DNA of 64,000 nt from an uncultured delta proteobacterium (GCA_963769935.1 CAVYNY010000019.1:1-64000), one strand, 5' to 3'. Counted from the first letter of the stretch, positions 43,793-55,496 are shown. Notes: generated by a model from the letters alone, not told the origin. Made by a program: numbers and translations.

Positions 43793-44956
43793 TTATCCAT
43801 TCGCAATTTCCGCCACCTTCCGGGCGGCATCTTTCAAATCCTTGGCGGTAATCAAGGCCAGACCGGATTCGGCCAGGATCCGGCGGCCTTCTTCAATATT
43901 TGTGCCTTCCATCCGGATCACGACCGGAACGCTGATGCCGGTTTTTTGGGCTGCCTGGACCACGCCTTTAGCCAGCACGTCGCACCGCAGGATGCCGCCA
44001 AAAATGTTGATCAGAATCCCTTTGACGTTGGGGTCGCTTAAAATAATCCTGAAACCGTTTTCCACCATCTCGGCGCTGGCCCCTCCTCCCACATCAAGAA
44101 AATTGGCCGGCTCCGCACCGGCAAGTTTGATCAAATCCATGGTGGCCATAGCCAACCCCGCACCGTTGACCATATTGCCGATGTTGCCGTCCAGATTAAT
44201 GTAGTTGAGATGATACTTGGAAGCTTCCACGTCCAGCGGATCTTCTTCTTCGAAGTCCCGGTAATCCTGAACGTCCTTGTGCCGAAACAGCGCATTGTCA
44301 TCGAAGTTGATTTTCGCATCCAATGCCACGATGGTCTGGTCGGCAGTTATCACCAGTGGATTGATCTCGACCAGTGAACCGTCATAGTCGACGAACAGCC
44401 GGTAGAGATTTTGCAGCATGGCGCTGAACGGTTTCATGACAGCTGCCGGCAGGTTTAGGCCGAAAGCAATCTGGCGGCAGTGATAGGCCTGAATGCCCTG
44501 CAAAGGATTAATGGCAACCTTGATAATTTTCTCCGGCGTCGTAGCGGCCACTTCTTCAATATCCATGCCCCCGGCTTCGCTGGCCATAATCACAATCTTG
44601 GCAATCGCCCGATCGGGAATAATACTCAGGTACAGCTCCCGGGCGATATTTAACCCCTGCTCCACCAGGACTTTTCTAACTTTCCGACCCTGCGGCCCGG
44701 TTTGGTGAGTAACCAGATCCATCCCGATGATCTGCCCGGCCAGGTCTCGAACCTCCTGCTCGGTTTGGGCCAGTTTGACGCCGCCGCCTTTGCCGCGCCC
44801 CCCGGCGTGAATTTGAGCTTTTACCACAACCGGGTACCCCCCCAGGGATTTGGCAACCACAGCCGCTTCAGCGGGGCTAAACGCCACCCGGCCCTGCGGG
44901 ATGGGCACACCGTATTTTTTAAAAAATTCCTTAGCCTGGTATTCGTGAATTTTCAT
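43793..44956 (-). CDS. sucC: Succinate--CoA ligase beta subunit
   Basis: MKIHEYQAK, AGGRGKGGG, GGMDIEE, NGAGLAMAT, ANFLDVGG. Confidence 0.96.
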   Translation of the reverse strand: MKIHEYQAKEFFKKYGVPIPQGRVAFSPAEAAVVAKSLGGYPVVVKAQIHAGGRGKGGGVKLAQTEQEVRDLAGQIIGMDLVTHQTGPQGRKVRKVLVEQGLNIARELYLSIIPDRAIAKIVIMASEAGGMDIEEVAATTPEKIIKVAINPLQGIQAYHCRQIAFGLNLPAAVMKPFSAMLQNLYRLFVDYDGSLVEINPLVITADQTIVALDAKINFDDNALFRHKDVQDYRDFEEEDPLDVEASKYHLNYINLDGNIGNMVNGAGLAMATMDLIKLAGAEPANFLDVGGGASAEMVENGFRIILSDPNVKGILINIFGGILRCDVLAKGVVQAAQKTGISVPVVIRMEGTNIEEGRRILAESGLALITAKDLKDAARKVAEIANG

Positions 44957-44957
44957 A

Positions 44958-45285
44958 GGTTCGTTTTGTCCGTGTTGGTTCGTTAAGATGGTTGAGTTCG
45001 TCCCAGTGAAATTCGCTTCGCTCGTCCCTTTCGGAAATTTCACGGGATAAATCCCCATGAAATCCGCTTCGCTGATACTACGTATATTTCACGGGATAAA
45101 TTTGGATCGTTGGCTTTAGGCCTTGAGCTTTTCCGCTTCCTGCCTCAAACCGGACGCTTTCCGCCCTTTGCGCTCAGTTTTAGTCTTTCAGCTTCCTGAT
45201 CTTCTGCTCTTCTCATCTTCTGCGCTTCTTATTTCAAGGCCTCCAACCTTTAGCCTTTTACCTAATACCTTGCGCCTTCGGCCTT
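44958..45285. repeat. Composite repeat spacer: nonamer array with two inserted hairpin units, then octamer and heptamer arrays
   Basis: gttcgttaa gatggttga; 2x CCC..TGAAAT.CGCTTCGCT...ATTTCACGGGATAAAT; ttctgctc ttctcatc ttctgcgc; cctccaa cctttag cctttta. Confidence 0.85.
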
Positions 45286-47298
45286 CTACCCAATCACGGC
45301 CAGCACATCACCTTTGGCCACCGAATCGCCGCTGCTGTAGTTGATGGCCTGAATGGTGCCGCTGGTGGGAGCCGGCAGGGCATTTTCCATTTTCATGGCT
45401 TCCAGGATAAGGACCGTATCGCCTTCTGCAACTGAATCGCCGACATTTTTCTGATAGCTGACGATCATGCCGGGCATCGGCGCTTTAAGCGGTGTGCCGT
45501 TTACAGCGGCAGGCGCTTGCGGCGCAGCGGCAGCAGGCGCGCCTTTTTTAGGTGACGCCGGCGGGGCTGCGGCCGGAGCAGCCGGCGCGGCGGCAGGCCG
45601 GGCATAAACCGGCGGTGTCATGCCGGACCGCGGCTGCATGTAGTCAACCACCGGAGCGCCGTCGACGGAGTCCACCCCGACCTCGAAATAATCCCCATCG
45701 ACGAACACATTATAGGTGCGCAGATTTTCACTCCTGGCAGGCGGTTCCTTCTCTGGTTTTTCAACAAGTTTGCCGGCCTTGGCCTTTTTAATAAGTTCCT
45801 GCTCGGCTTTTACATCCTCCAGTGTTCGCGGTCTGACCTCGGCGGGCGGTTGTTCCTTGCCGTATTTCCAATTCAAAAACCGTTTGCCCGGTTACCGGAT
45901 ACAGAGCATAGATCAGCACATCGTCCAGGTCGACGGCCAAGCCTTGCGTTTCTTCCCTGGCTTTTTCCAGTTCCGGCTCCAGGACCTCGGCCGGTCGACA
46001 GGTAATCGGCTCGTCCCTCTCTCATAACCCTTGAGGGCTTTTTTCTGAACTTCGGAATTGATGGGCACGGCGGTTTTGCCGTAAAGCCCGTAGCACAGAT
46101 CTTTGACCTGGGCCGTAATCATCTTGTAGCGTTCATTCTCATCATCAAACAGAACATTGTTGACGGTCTGGATCCCGACGATCTGGCTGGTGGGAGTTAC
46201 CAGCGGAACCTGTCCCAAATCCTTTCGAACCCGCGGCAATTCCGCATAAACCTGGTCGATTTTGTCAAGCGCATCCATTTCTCTGAGTTGATTGACCAGA
46301 TTGGACAACATGCCGCCCGGGGTCTGGTGCAGCAGAACATTGATATCAATGATCGACATCTTGGTGTCGTCCAGAAGATGCCTGTATTTGGGCAGAATTT
46401 CCTTTTCAAGAACTTCATTGATTTTTGCCAGATGTTTGATGTCAAAACCGGTGTCCCGGTTGGTGCCGAGCAGGGTCATGACCAGCGGTTCGATGGCCGG
46501 ATGAGAAGTACGATACGCGTAAGGCGACATGACGGTGTCAATGATATCAACCCCCGCTTCAATGGCCTTGAGCTGGGACATCGAGGACATACCCGATGTA
46601 AAATGGCTGTGCAGATTAATCGGCGGTTTGACGGCGTCTTTCATGGCCTTGATGACGGCATAGGCGTCATAGGGGGCAATCAGCCCGGCCATATCTTTCA
46701 GGCAGATGCTGTCCGCGCCCATGGCTTCCAATTCTTTAGCTTTACCGACATAATAGTCGATGTTGTAAACCTCGCCGCCCATTCGCGGCTCGGTCATGGT
46801 ATAGCAAATGGATCCTTGGAAGTGTTTGCCGCTGGCCTTGATTACCGGCACCACGGTTTCGAAATTGCGGTAATCATTCAAGGCATCAAAGGTCCTGAAA
46901 ATGTCAATGCCGTTGGCGGCCGCCCGTTCCACGAAGGCCCGGGCAACATCGTCGGCATAGTTCCGGTATCCCACCAGGTTCTGAGCTCTCAGCAGCATGG
47001 AAAAAGGGGTCTTTTTGATATATCGTTTCAGCGTCCGGATTCTTTCCCAGGGATCCTCATTTAAAAAGCGGTGCATGGTATCAAAAGTGGCGCCGCCCCA
47101 GACTTCCATGGCCCAGAAGCCGACATCATCCATCATTTCGGCCACGGGAATCATGTCTTCAGTGCGCCCGCGGGTTGCGAACAATGACTGGTGACCGTCC
47201 CGCAGGGATAAATCCTCTATTTTGACTGGATTTTCCGCTGCCGGCCGATCTTTGCCATAATTCATGGCTGTCATTTTAACTGCAATATCTTCGCTCAT
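45286..47298 (-). CDS. Pyruvate/oxaloacetate carboxyltransferase fused to a biotin carrier (PycB / transcarboxylase 5S+1.3S-like); two compensating apparent indels near 46015 and 45890
   Basis: LRDGHQSL, EVWGGATFD, EDPWER, KDMAG, PGGMLSNL, LVTPTSQIVG; C-terminal EAMKMEN; both ORF pieces are in the same frame. Confidence 0.9.
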
Positions 47299-47325
47299 TT
47301 TAAAGTTCTCCTTTAAAAACATATT

Positions 47326-47553
47326 TTAAATACGAAATCCTCTCTGGAATGTGCGCAATTGCATCAGATTGCGCAACTGCATCTGGGCTTGCCGGCCGCT
47401 CATGCTCCACGGTGAAAAGCCCGCTGCTGCAGCAGAGATATATGGCGCCTGCGCCCTGCCTCCCAGGGCCGCCTGCATCAGGACGGCTTCTTCTTCATAA
47501 ATGTGATGCATCACCGCCGTAATCGCCGCGGTTATTTTCTGTTGCTTGTCCAT
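47326..47553 (-). CDS. Small protein, possible accessory (epsilon/delta-like) subunit of the carboxyltransferase
   Basis: 75 aa with AAITAV and W..SGR motifs; lies between the carboxyltransferase genes; GAGAAGG RBS. Confidence 0.6.
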   Translation of the reverse strand: MDKQQKITAAITAVMHHIYEEEAVLMQAALGGRAQAPYISAAAAGFSPWSMSGRQAQMQLRNLMQLRTFQRGFRI

Positions 47554-47567
47554 ACCTTCTCCCCTCA

Positions 47568-47689
47568 GAATGGAATATATTCTATTGAAATTTATATATT
47601 GAATGAATTCTATCGATTTTAAAAATTATTAAACGCCTGAGCGAAGCGATTTCCACAAATTTTCAATATTCAATCGTCAATATTCAATT
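47568..47689. repeat. Inverted heptamer-arm element, family D, copy 3
   Basis: attgaaa tttatat attgaat ... gagcgaagcga tttccac aaatttt caatatt caatcgt caatatt caat. Confidence 0.8.
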
Positions 47690-49244
47690 ACATGGGTATA
47701 TTGCCATGCTTTTTCGGAGGCCTGGTTTCGCGTTTGGAGCACAGGGCCTCCAGCGCATCGATCAATCGCGGCCGGGTTTCACTGGGTACGATCACGGCAT
47801 CGATATAACCTCTTTGAGCTGCCTGGTAAGGATTGGAAAAAAGCGTTTCATATTCTTTGATTTTTTCCCGGCGTTTGGCATCCGGATTTTCGGCCCCTTG
47901 AATCTCTTTGCGATGGATGACATTGGCAGCGCCAGCCGCTCCCATGACCGCAATTTCAGCCGTCGGCCAGGCAAACGCCATATCCGCACCCAGGTCCTTG
48001 GAGCACATGGCCAGATAGGATCCGCCATAGTCTTTGCGGGTTACGAGCAGCAATTTGGGTACGGTGGCCTCGGAATAACACCATAGTAGCTTGGCGCCGT
48101 GACGGATAATTCCGCCCCATTCCTGCTGGCTCCCGGGCAGGTAGCCGGGGACATCGGCAATGGTTAAAAGCGGAATATTAAAGGAATCACAGAATCGGAT
48201 GAACCGGGTGGCCTTGTCCGAAGCGTTGATGTCCAGACAACCCGCCAGCACCTTGGGTTGGTTGGCAATAATGCCGATGGCTCTGCCGTTCAGTCTGGCA
48301 AAACCGACGATTATATTGCCGGCAAAGTATTGGTGCGGTTCAAAAAAATCACCGTTGTCAACGATGGACAGAATCACCGCTTTCATATCGTAGATTTTGC
48401 TGGGGCTGTCGGGTATAATTGTATTCAAGGTCGCATCGGTCCGCCGGCGGTCATCGCCGGTTTCAACATAGGGCGCATCTTCCATGTTGTTGGAAGGCAG
48501 ATAGGAAAGCAGCCGCTTTATCCGGCTGATCGCATCTTCATCACTCTCGCAGGCGAAATGGGCCACGCCGCTTTTTTCGTTGTGGGTTTTGGCGCCGCCC
48601 AGCTCTTCAAAAGAAATTTCCTCACCGGTAACCGCTTTGATCACTTCGGGTCCGGTAATGAACATGTAACTGCTGTTTTTCACCATGAACACCCAGTCCG
48701 TCATGGCCGGCGAGTACACGGCACCGCCGGCGGTAGGTCCCATGATGGCCGAAATCTGCGGGATCACGCCCGAGGCGGCTGAATTGCGGAAAAATATCTG
48801 CCCGTAGCCGGAAAGCGCATCCACCCCTTCCTGAATTCGGGCACCACCCGAATCATTGATTCCTACAAACGGCACCCCGGCCTTGAGGGCCAGATCCATA
48901 ACCTTGCAGATCTTTTTGGAGTGCATTTCACCAAGACTGCCGGCTCTGGCGGTAAAATCCTGGGAAAAGGCAAATACCGTTCGCCCATCCACCAGGCCGT
49001 GGCCGGTGATCACGCCGTCAGCCGGTATATCCACGTTTTGCATATCGAAATTAACGCAGCGGTGGCTCACGAACATGTCGAGTTCGCGGAATGTGCCCTT
49101 ATCGAACAGCAGATTCAGGCGCTCACGGGCTGTCAACTTACCCTTTTCACGCTGGGCGGCGACCGCTTTCTCGCCACCCATTTCAAGCAGCTTTGCTTCC
49201 CGGGCTTTTAAATCACGAATTTTATCTTCCACGACTCCCATCAT
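47688..49244 (-). CDS. Acyl-CoA carboxyltransferase subunit (PccB/MmdA/transcarboxylase 12S-like)
   Basis: GKLTARER, DSGGARIQEG, AGGAVYSPA, DVPGYLPG, AVMGA.GA, KKHGNIP. Confidence 0.93.
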   Translation of the reverse strand: MMGVVEDKIRDLKAREAKLLEMGGEKAVAAQREKGKLTARERLNLLFDKGTFRELDMFVSHRCVNFDMQNVDIPADGVITGHGLVDGRTVFAFSQDFTARAGSLGEMHSKKICKVMDLALKAGVPFVGINDSGGARIQEGVDALSGYGQIFFRNSAASGVIPQISAIMGPTAGGAVYSPAMTDWVFMVKNSSYMFITGPEVIKAVTGEEISFEELGGAKTHNEKSGVAHFACESDEDAISRIKRLLSYLPSNNMEDAPYVETGDDRRRTDATLNTIIPDSPSKIYDMKAVILSIVDNGDFFEPHQYFAGNIIVGFARLNGRAIGIIANQPKVLAGCLDINASDKATRFIRFCDSFNIPLLTIADVPGYLPGSQQEWGGIIRHGAKLLWCYSEATVPKLLLVTRKDYGGSYLAMCSKDLGADMAFAWPTAEIAVMGAAGAANVIHRKEIQGAENPDAKRREKIKEYETLFSNPYQAAQRGYIDAVIVPSETRPRLIDALEALCSKRETRPPKKHGNIPM

Positions 49245-49395
49245 CCTGTTCCTTTCTTCGTATGACCCACCCTGCATTTCATATCCACCCCCACAGGGTG
49301 TGTCTGCCAACCTGACTCGTTTTTTGTCGACCGAAAAAATCAACCGGCAACTGAATCATTCCAACCGAGGGTTTAAAAGTTAAAAATAAAGCCTG

Positions 49396-50388
49396 CTATA
49401 CAAGTAATTGATTGTCAAGGAAAAAAAGCAGCTCTTCGGCGGCGAGGGTGGGGGCGGTAATACCTTTTTCAACCGCCCGGGTCAGCCTCGGCAGATGCTT
49501 TTTTACCTCGGGATTTTGTTTGAAACGGTTTCTAAGTCCTTCTTCGATCAGAGACCACATCCAGTCCAGAGCCTGCCGGCGCCTCTTAAGTTCCAGTTCA
49601 CCCGTATCCGCAAGCTTCTTGCGATGAATCAAAACGGACTGCCAGATTTCTCTGACGCCGGCCTGCTCCACCGCACTGCAGGTCAGCACCGGTGGAATCC
49701 AGGTCGGCGACGCATGCCGTAAAAAATGCAGTGCATTTTGATAGATTCCGGCTGCTTTTTTCGCCTTGGCCACGTTATCGCCGTCGGCTTTGGTGATGGC
49801 GATGGCATCGGCCAGTTCAAGAATCCCTTTCTTGATTCCCTGAAGCTCATCACCGGCGCCGGCCAGCATCAGCACCAGAAAAAAATCAACCATGGAAGCC
49901 ACTGTGCTCTCCGATTGACCGACCCCGACCGTTTCTACAATGATGACATCGTAACCGGCGGCTTCACAGATAAGCATGGTCTCGCGGGTTTTGCGGGCCA
50001 CTCCCCCCAGGGCGCCGGCCGAAGGGGACGGGCGAATAAAGGCATTGTTTTCAGCCGCAAGTTTTTCCATGCGGGTCTTATCGGCCATGACACTGCCGCC
50101 GCTGCGATTGCTGCTGGGATCAACGGCAAGGACCGCAACGCGGTGGTTATCTTGAACAAGGGACATGCCCAGGCTTTCAATAAACGTACTTTTGCCGACC
50201 CCGGGGACACCCGTAATGCCGAGTCGGACAGCCTTTCCCGTATGGGGCAGCAGGGAATCAATGATTTTGCGCGCCAGGTCCTGATGGGCAGGCAGCGAAC
50301 TTTCGATTCTGGTGATGGTTTTAGAAACCATCCGGCGTTCCCGGTCAAGCACGCCGTCGATGTAGGCCTGAGGATCCAAAGAATTCAT
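49396..50388 (-). CDS. meaB: Methylmalonyl-CoA mutase-associated GTPase
   Basis: GITGVPGVGKST, VDPSS..SGGS..ADKTRM, ETVGVGQSE, GDELQGIKKG. Confidence 0.96.
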   Translation of the reverse strand: MNSLDPQAYIDGVLDRERRMVSKTITRIESSLPAHQDLARKIIDSLLPHTGKAVRLGITGVPGVGKSTFIESLGMSLVQDNHRVAVLAVDPSSNRSGGSVMADKTRMEKLAAENNAFIRPSPSAGALGGVARKTRETMLICEAAGYDVIIVETVGVGQSESTVASMVDFFLVLMLAGAGDELQGIKKGILELADAIAITKADGDNVAKAKKAAGIYQNALHFLRHASPTWIPPVLTCSAVEQAGVREIWQSVLIHRKKLADTGELELKRRRQALDWMWSLIEEGLRNRFKQNPEVKKHLPRLTRAVEKGITAPTLAAEELLFFLDNQLLV

Positions 50389-50440
50389 ACTCTTGATTTT
50401 AGCACCTTTATAGCTTCAATTGTTAGAGATAGGGTTGACG

Positions 50441-50684
50441 CAAATCAAAATCACAAATCCCAATTAACAAATCTCAAACAAATTACAATCACCAAAATAC
50501 AAAATTCAAAACGGAAGTTAATCTGTCTTGATGATCGCTTCAGACAAATACGCAATCCTTCATCACGAAAGCACGAAAGTTCAAAACACGAAAAAATAAA
50601 ACAGATAGATTTTCTTGGTTTGGCCGGTTTCGGTCATTGGCTATTGTGATTTGGGATTTATTTGTTATTTGGTGCTTGGAATTT
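50441..50684. repeat. Inverted heptamer-arm element (CAAATCC/GGATTTG-type) with an inner CACGAAA array
   Basis: Left caaatcc caattaa caaatct caaacaaat...aaac; right gttt...gatttgg gatttat ttgttat ttggtgc ttggaat. Confidence 0.8.
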
Positions 50685-50751
50685 AGACCTTACCGGCTGC
50701 ACGCTGCTATTCGTTTTCGGCCTCCTGAGATTTGACATGACAACCGCCAGA

Positions 50752-50803
50752 TTTTCAGATGTCAGCACTGCCGCTGACACCTGAAACCCGACACCTGACA
50801 CCT
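50752..50803. repeat. CTGACAC-type heptamer array with a short inverted arm
   Basis: ttcagatgtcagc...g ctgacac ctgaaac ccgacac ctgacac. Confidence 0.7.
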
Positions 50804-50833
50804 CTTACGACATGCAACAGCCGAACCGGTCAA

Positions 50834-52975
50834 CTATACAGCAAGTGCCAGCGACTTCTCCAAGGCATTCAGCACCTGATTGGCCGATTCCGTCACCGCT
50901 GTACCGGGACCGAATACACCGGCGGCTCCTGACTGGTACAAAAAATCATAATCAACCGGCGGAATGATCCCCCCGACGACCACCAGGATGTCCTGCCCGC
51001 CCTCGGTTTTCAGAGCTTCGATCAATTGAGGCACCAGCGTTTTATGGGCTGCGACCTGACTGGAAACACCCACCACATGCACATCGTTTTCCACTGCCAT
51101 GCGGGCAACCTCGGCCGGCGTTTGAAACATAGGACTGATATCCACGTCAAACCCGAGGTCGGCAAATCCCGTGGCAATCACCTTTATTCCGCGGTCATGG
51201 CCGTCCTGGCCCATCTTGGTTACAAGTATCCTGGGGCGCCGCCCCTCTTTTTCCTGGAATTGTTCAGTTCGCTTGAGCACGGCTTCAATGATTTCATTTT
51301 TCCCGTACTCGGCGGCATATACCCCGGAAATACACTGGGTGGTGGCCACATAGCGTCCGAACTCCTTTTCCAGGGCGTCGGATATTTCGCCGACCGTCGC
51401 CCGCAGCCGGACCGCAGCGATGCTTAGTTCCAGCAGGTTGGCACCGGACACGGCACCTTTGGTCAGGTCATCCAGTGCTTTTTGCACGGCGGCATTGTCG
51501 CGGGTTTTCTTCAACTCCTTAAGCCTTGCGATCTGCTCATCACGCACGCTGGCCGGGACTTCCAGTATTTCCAGATTGACATCTTCTTCAATCTGATACT
51601 TGTTAACTCCCACAATAACGTCTTTGCCTTGATCAATCCGCGCCTGCCTGCGGGCCGCCGATTCCTCGATGCGCATCTTCGGCATGCCGGTCCCGATTGC
51701 CTTGGCCATGCCGCCCATCTCTTCCACCTCTTCGATAATCTTGCTTGCCTCCCGTATGATGCCGTCGGTCAGGGACTCAAGATAATATGATCCCGCCAGA
51801 GGGTCCACCACATGACAGATCTGAGATTCTTCCTGAACGATGAGCTGGGTATTTCTGGCAATTCTGGCGGAAAAATCCGTTGGCAATCCCACGGCTTCGT
51901 CAAAAGAATTGGTGTGCAGGGACTGGGTTCCACCCAGCGCAGCCGACAGGCACTCCAGCGTGGTTCGGATAATATTGTTGTAGGGATCCTGCGCCGCCAG
52001 GCTCCAGCCGGATGTCTGGCAATGGGTGCGCAACATGGTCGAACGCGGGTTTTTGGGGTTAAAGCGGCTGATGATGCGGTGCCACAAAAAGCGCGCCGCC
52101 CTCAGCATGGCAATTTCCATGAAAAAATTCATCCCGATGCCAAAAAAGAACGAAAGCCGCGGCGCAAAATCATCGATATCCAGTCCGGCATTCAGAGCCG
52201 CCCGCACATATTCTAAACCGTCGGCCATGGTAAAGGCGGTTTGCAGCACGGAATCGGCCCCGGCTTCCATCATATGATAACCGCTGATGCTGATGGTGTT
52301 GTATTTGGGCATATGTTTCGAGCAGTAGCCGATAATGTCCGAGACGATCCGCATGGAGGGTTCCGGCGGATAGATATAGGTATTGCGCGTCAGAAATTCC
52401 TTTAAAATATCGTTCTGAATGGTACCGCTCAGTTTTTCCCGGCTGACGCCCTGTTCTTCGGCGGCCACGATATAGCCTGCCAGAATCGGCAGCACGGCAC
52501 CGTTCATGGTCATGGAAACCGTCATCTGGTCCAACGGGATCTGATCGAAAAGGATTTTCATATCTTCAACGGAATCCACCGCAACCCCGGCTTTGCCGAT
52601 ATCCCCGACAACTCTAGGATGGTCGGAGTCATATCCCCGGTGGGTAGCCAGATCAAAAGCCACCGAAAGCCCCTTCTGGCCGGCCGCCAGGCATCTTCTG
52701 TAAAAGGCGTTGGATTCTTTGGCAGTTGAAAAGCCGGCATACTGGCGAATCGTCCAGGGGCGGCCGGCATACATGGTGGCATTGGGTCCCCGCACGTAGG
52801 GTGCCATTCCCGGCAGGGTGTTGACATGCGCCGTTCCTTCAAGGTCCTCCTTCGTATACAACGGCTTGACGGTAATTCCTTCCGGGGTGTGCCAGTTTAA
52901 CGACTCGACAGGCTTTCCTCTCATCTCCTTGGTTGCTTGACTGATCCATTTTTCAATATCAGGACGCTCGGACAT
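50834..52975 (-). CDS. scpA: Methylmalonyl-CoA mutase (B12-dependent)
   Basis: [46 protein letters not shown]. Confidence 0.96.
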   Translation of the reverse strand: MSERPDIEKWISQATKEMRGKPVESLNWHTPEGITVKPLYTKEDLEGTAHVNTLPGMAPYVRGPNATMYAGRPWTIRQYAGFSTAKESNAFYRRCLAAGQKGLSVAFDLATHRGYDSDHPRVVGDIGKAGVAVDSVEDMKILFDQIPLDQMTVSMTMNGAVLPILAGYIVAAEEQGVSREKLSGTIQNDILKEFLTRNTYIYPPEPSMRIVSDIIGYCSKHMPKYNTISISGYHMMEAGADSVLQTAFTMADGLEYVRAALNAGLDIDDFAPRLSFFFGIGMNFFMEIAMLRAARFLWHRIISRFNPKNPRSTMLRTHCQTSGWSLAAQDPYNNIIRTTLECLSAALGGTQSLHTNSFDEAVGLPTDFSARIARNTQLIVQEESQICHVVDPLAGSYYLESLTDGIIREASKIIEEVEEMGGMAKAIGTGMPKMRIEESAARRQARIDQGKDVIVGVNKYQIEEDVNLEILEVPASVRDEQIARLKELKKTRDNAAVQKALDDLTKGAVSGANLLELSIAAVRLRATVGEISDALEKEFGRYVATTQCISGVYAAEYGKNEIIEAVLKRTEQFQEKEGRRPRILVTKMGQDGHDRGIKVIATGFADLGFDVDISPMFQTPAEVARMAVENDVHVVGVSSQVAAHKTLVPQLIEALKTEGGQDILVVVGGIIPPVDYDFLYQSGAAGVFGPGTAVTESANQVLNALEKSLALAV

Positions 52976-53099
52976 AACGGTACACTCCTTTGATCTCGGA
53001 TAATAGTTTTCAAAATAAATTTTATTTTGTGTGCCTTCGAATTTTTGTATTCTAGCAGATTGATGCTGTATATTGGATACTTGTTACTGGATTCTCGAA

Positions 53100-53201
53100 A
53101 CTCAACCCGTAACTTGCAACTCGTAACCTAAGACTCGCACCGCGCAACGCGCATCTCGTAAGCCGAAACCCGTGACTCGTAACCCGCAACGCGCACCCCG
53201 T
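53100..53201. repeat. Heptamer array (CTCGTAA/CGCGCAA-type) abutting the mce stop
   Basis: cccgtaa cttgcaa ctcgtaa cctaaga ctcgcac cgcgcaa cgcgcat ctcgtaa ... Confidence 0.8.
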
Positions 53202-53606
53202 CTAATTTCTTTCACAAAGCTCCACGAGCACACCATTGGTAGATTTGGGATGCAAAAACGCTATCTTGGCGCCGCCAGCCCCTAGTCTGGGTTTTTCATC
53301 AATCAGCCGGATCCCTTTCTCCTTAAGCTCCTGCAGGGCAGCTGCAACATTCTCGACTCTAAAAGCGACATGCTGAATCCCTTCGCCTTTTTTTTCCAGG
53401 TACCGCGCGATGGGACCATCCGGCGCCGTGGATTCCAGCAATTCCACTTCGCTTTCTCCTACCGGGAAAAACGCCGTCGTCACTTTCTGCTCGGCTACAG
53501 TTTCCGAACCTTCGAATTCCAGACCCAGTACATCCGTCCAAAAATTTTTCCCCTGATCAATACTATTGACGGCAATCCCAAGATGATCGATTTTCAAGAC
53601 CTTCAT
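53202..53606 (-). CDS. mce: Methylmalonyl-CoA epimerase
   Basis: IDHLGIAV, EVELLE, GEGIQHVAF, IAFLHPKSTNGVLVEL. Confidence 0.95.
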   Translation of the reverse strand: MKVLKIDHLGIAVNSIDQGKNFWTDVLGLEFEGSETVAEQKVTTAFFPVGESEVELLESTAPDGPIARYLEKKGEGIQHVAFRVENVAAALQELKEKGIRLIDEKPRLGAGGAKIAFLHPKSTNGVLVELCERN

Positions 53607-53645
53607 GGCACCTCCTTGTATTTATGGTTTTGAGACCTGTCTCAC

Positions 53646-53779
53646 TTTCTGATCTGCTTAACTTCTGCTCTTCTTATTTGTAAGCCTCCAACCTTTATCC
53701 TTTAACCTTTCACCTTTCACCTAACACCTTCTGCCTTGCGCCGTGCGCCATGCCCTTTGCCCTCTGCCCTATGCGCCTG
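53646..53779. repeat. Stacked octamer plus heptamer arrays abutting the Nfu-gene stop
   Basis: ttctgatc tgcttaac ttctgctc ttcttatt; cctccaa cctttat cctttaa cctttca cctttca; ccttgcg ccgtgcg ccatgcc ctttgcc ctctgcc ctatgcg. Confidence 0.85.
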
Positions 53780-54001
53780 CTATGGAGCAGATTCTACGGC
53801 TACAACCTCGGGTACTTCCTGCTTTAAAATTCTTTCGATGCCGTTTTTTAGGGTCATTTGAGACATAGGACATCCGCCGCATGCGCCCCGCAGGCGCACC
53901 GTCACGATGCCCTCCTGCACATCCACAAGCTCCACATCGCCGCCGTCGGCCTGGAGCATGGGTCTTATTTTCTGCAATGCTGCTTCAACTTTTTCCTTCA
54001 T
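53780..54001 (-). CDS. NifU C-terminal-domain (Nfu-type) Fe-S carrier protein
   Basis: [30 protein letters not shown]. Confidence 0.93.
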   Translation of the reverse strand: MKEKVEAALQKIRPMLQADGGDVELVDVQEGIVTVRLRGACGGCPMSQMTLKNGIERILKQEVPEVVAVESAP

Positions 54002-54019
54002 GATATTTTCTCCTTTGTT

Positions 54020-54100
54020 CCGGTTTCGTGCGTTGTGATCGTTGAGCTCGTTAAGATGGTTTAGATCGTTTAAAGGTTCAGGGTTATAGATTCTGGACTC
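54020..54100. repeat. Nonamer array (GATCGTTGA-type) plus short GGTTCAG heptamers
   Basis: gtgcgttgt gatcgttga gctcgttaa gatggttta gatcgttta. Confidence 0.75.
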
Positions 54101-54192
54101 TGCGTTAAAGACCCCGAAAGGTATAAATTATTCTGTCCTCTGTCTTCTTTCTGCTGACACATCGTACGAAACTTCACTTATTTCGACTGCCG

Positions 54193-54250
54193 ACGTAGGG
54201 CGGGCCTCCGTGCCCGCCGGAATGGGTCGGCGCGGAGGCCGACCCTACGT
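54193..54250. repeat. GTAG-type REP doublet (inverted pair)
   Basis: ACGTAGGGCGGGCCTCCGTGCC vs reverse complement of GGCGCGGAGGCCGACCCTACGT (19/22 identical); each half has its own GC hairpin. Confidence 0.8.
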
Positions 54251-54377
54251 AAGTGCATGATCAGCGTTTCTTTTATGATTAAATTGACCGCTCCGCGGCC
54301 AGCTGCTGGGCTGCCTGCCCTGCGCAGCCTGGAAGGCGAAGCGGAGACACCTGACACCTTATCTCCCGGCCCCACCG

Positions 54378-55496
<1,119 letters not shown>

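Noticed and set aside
45286..47322. Separate carboxyltransferase and biotin-carrier genes, or programmed frameshifting
   Set aside because: Two compensating single-base indels in G runs restore one continuous protein; most likely sequencing error.
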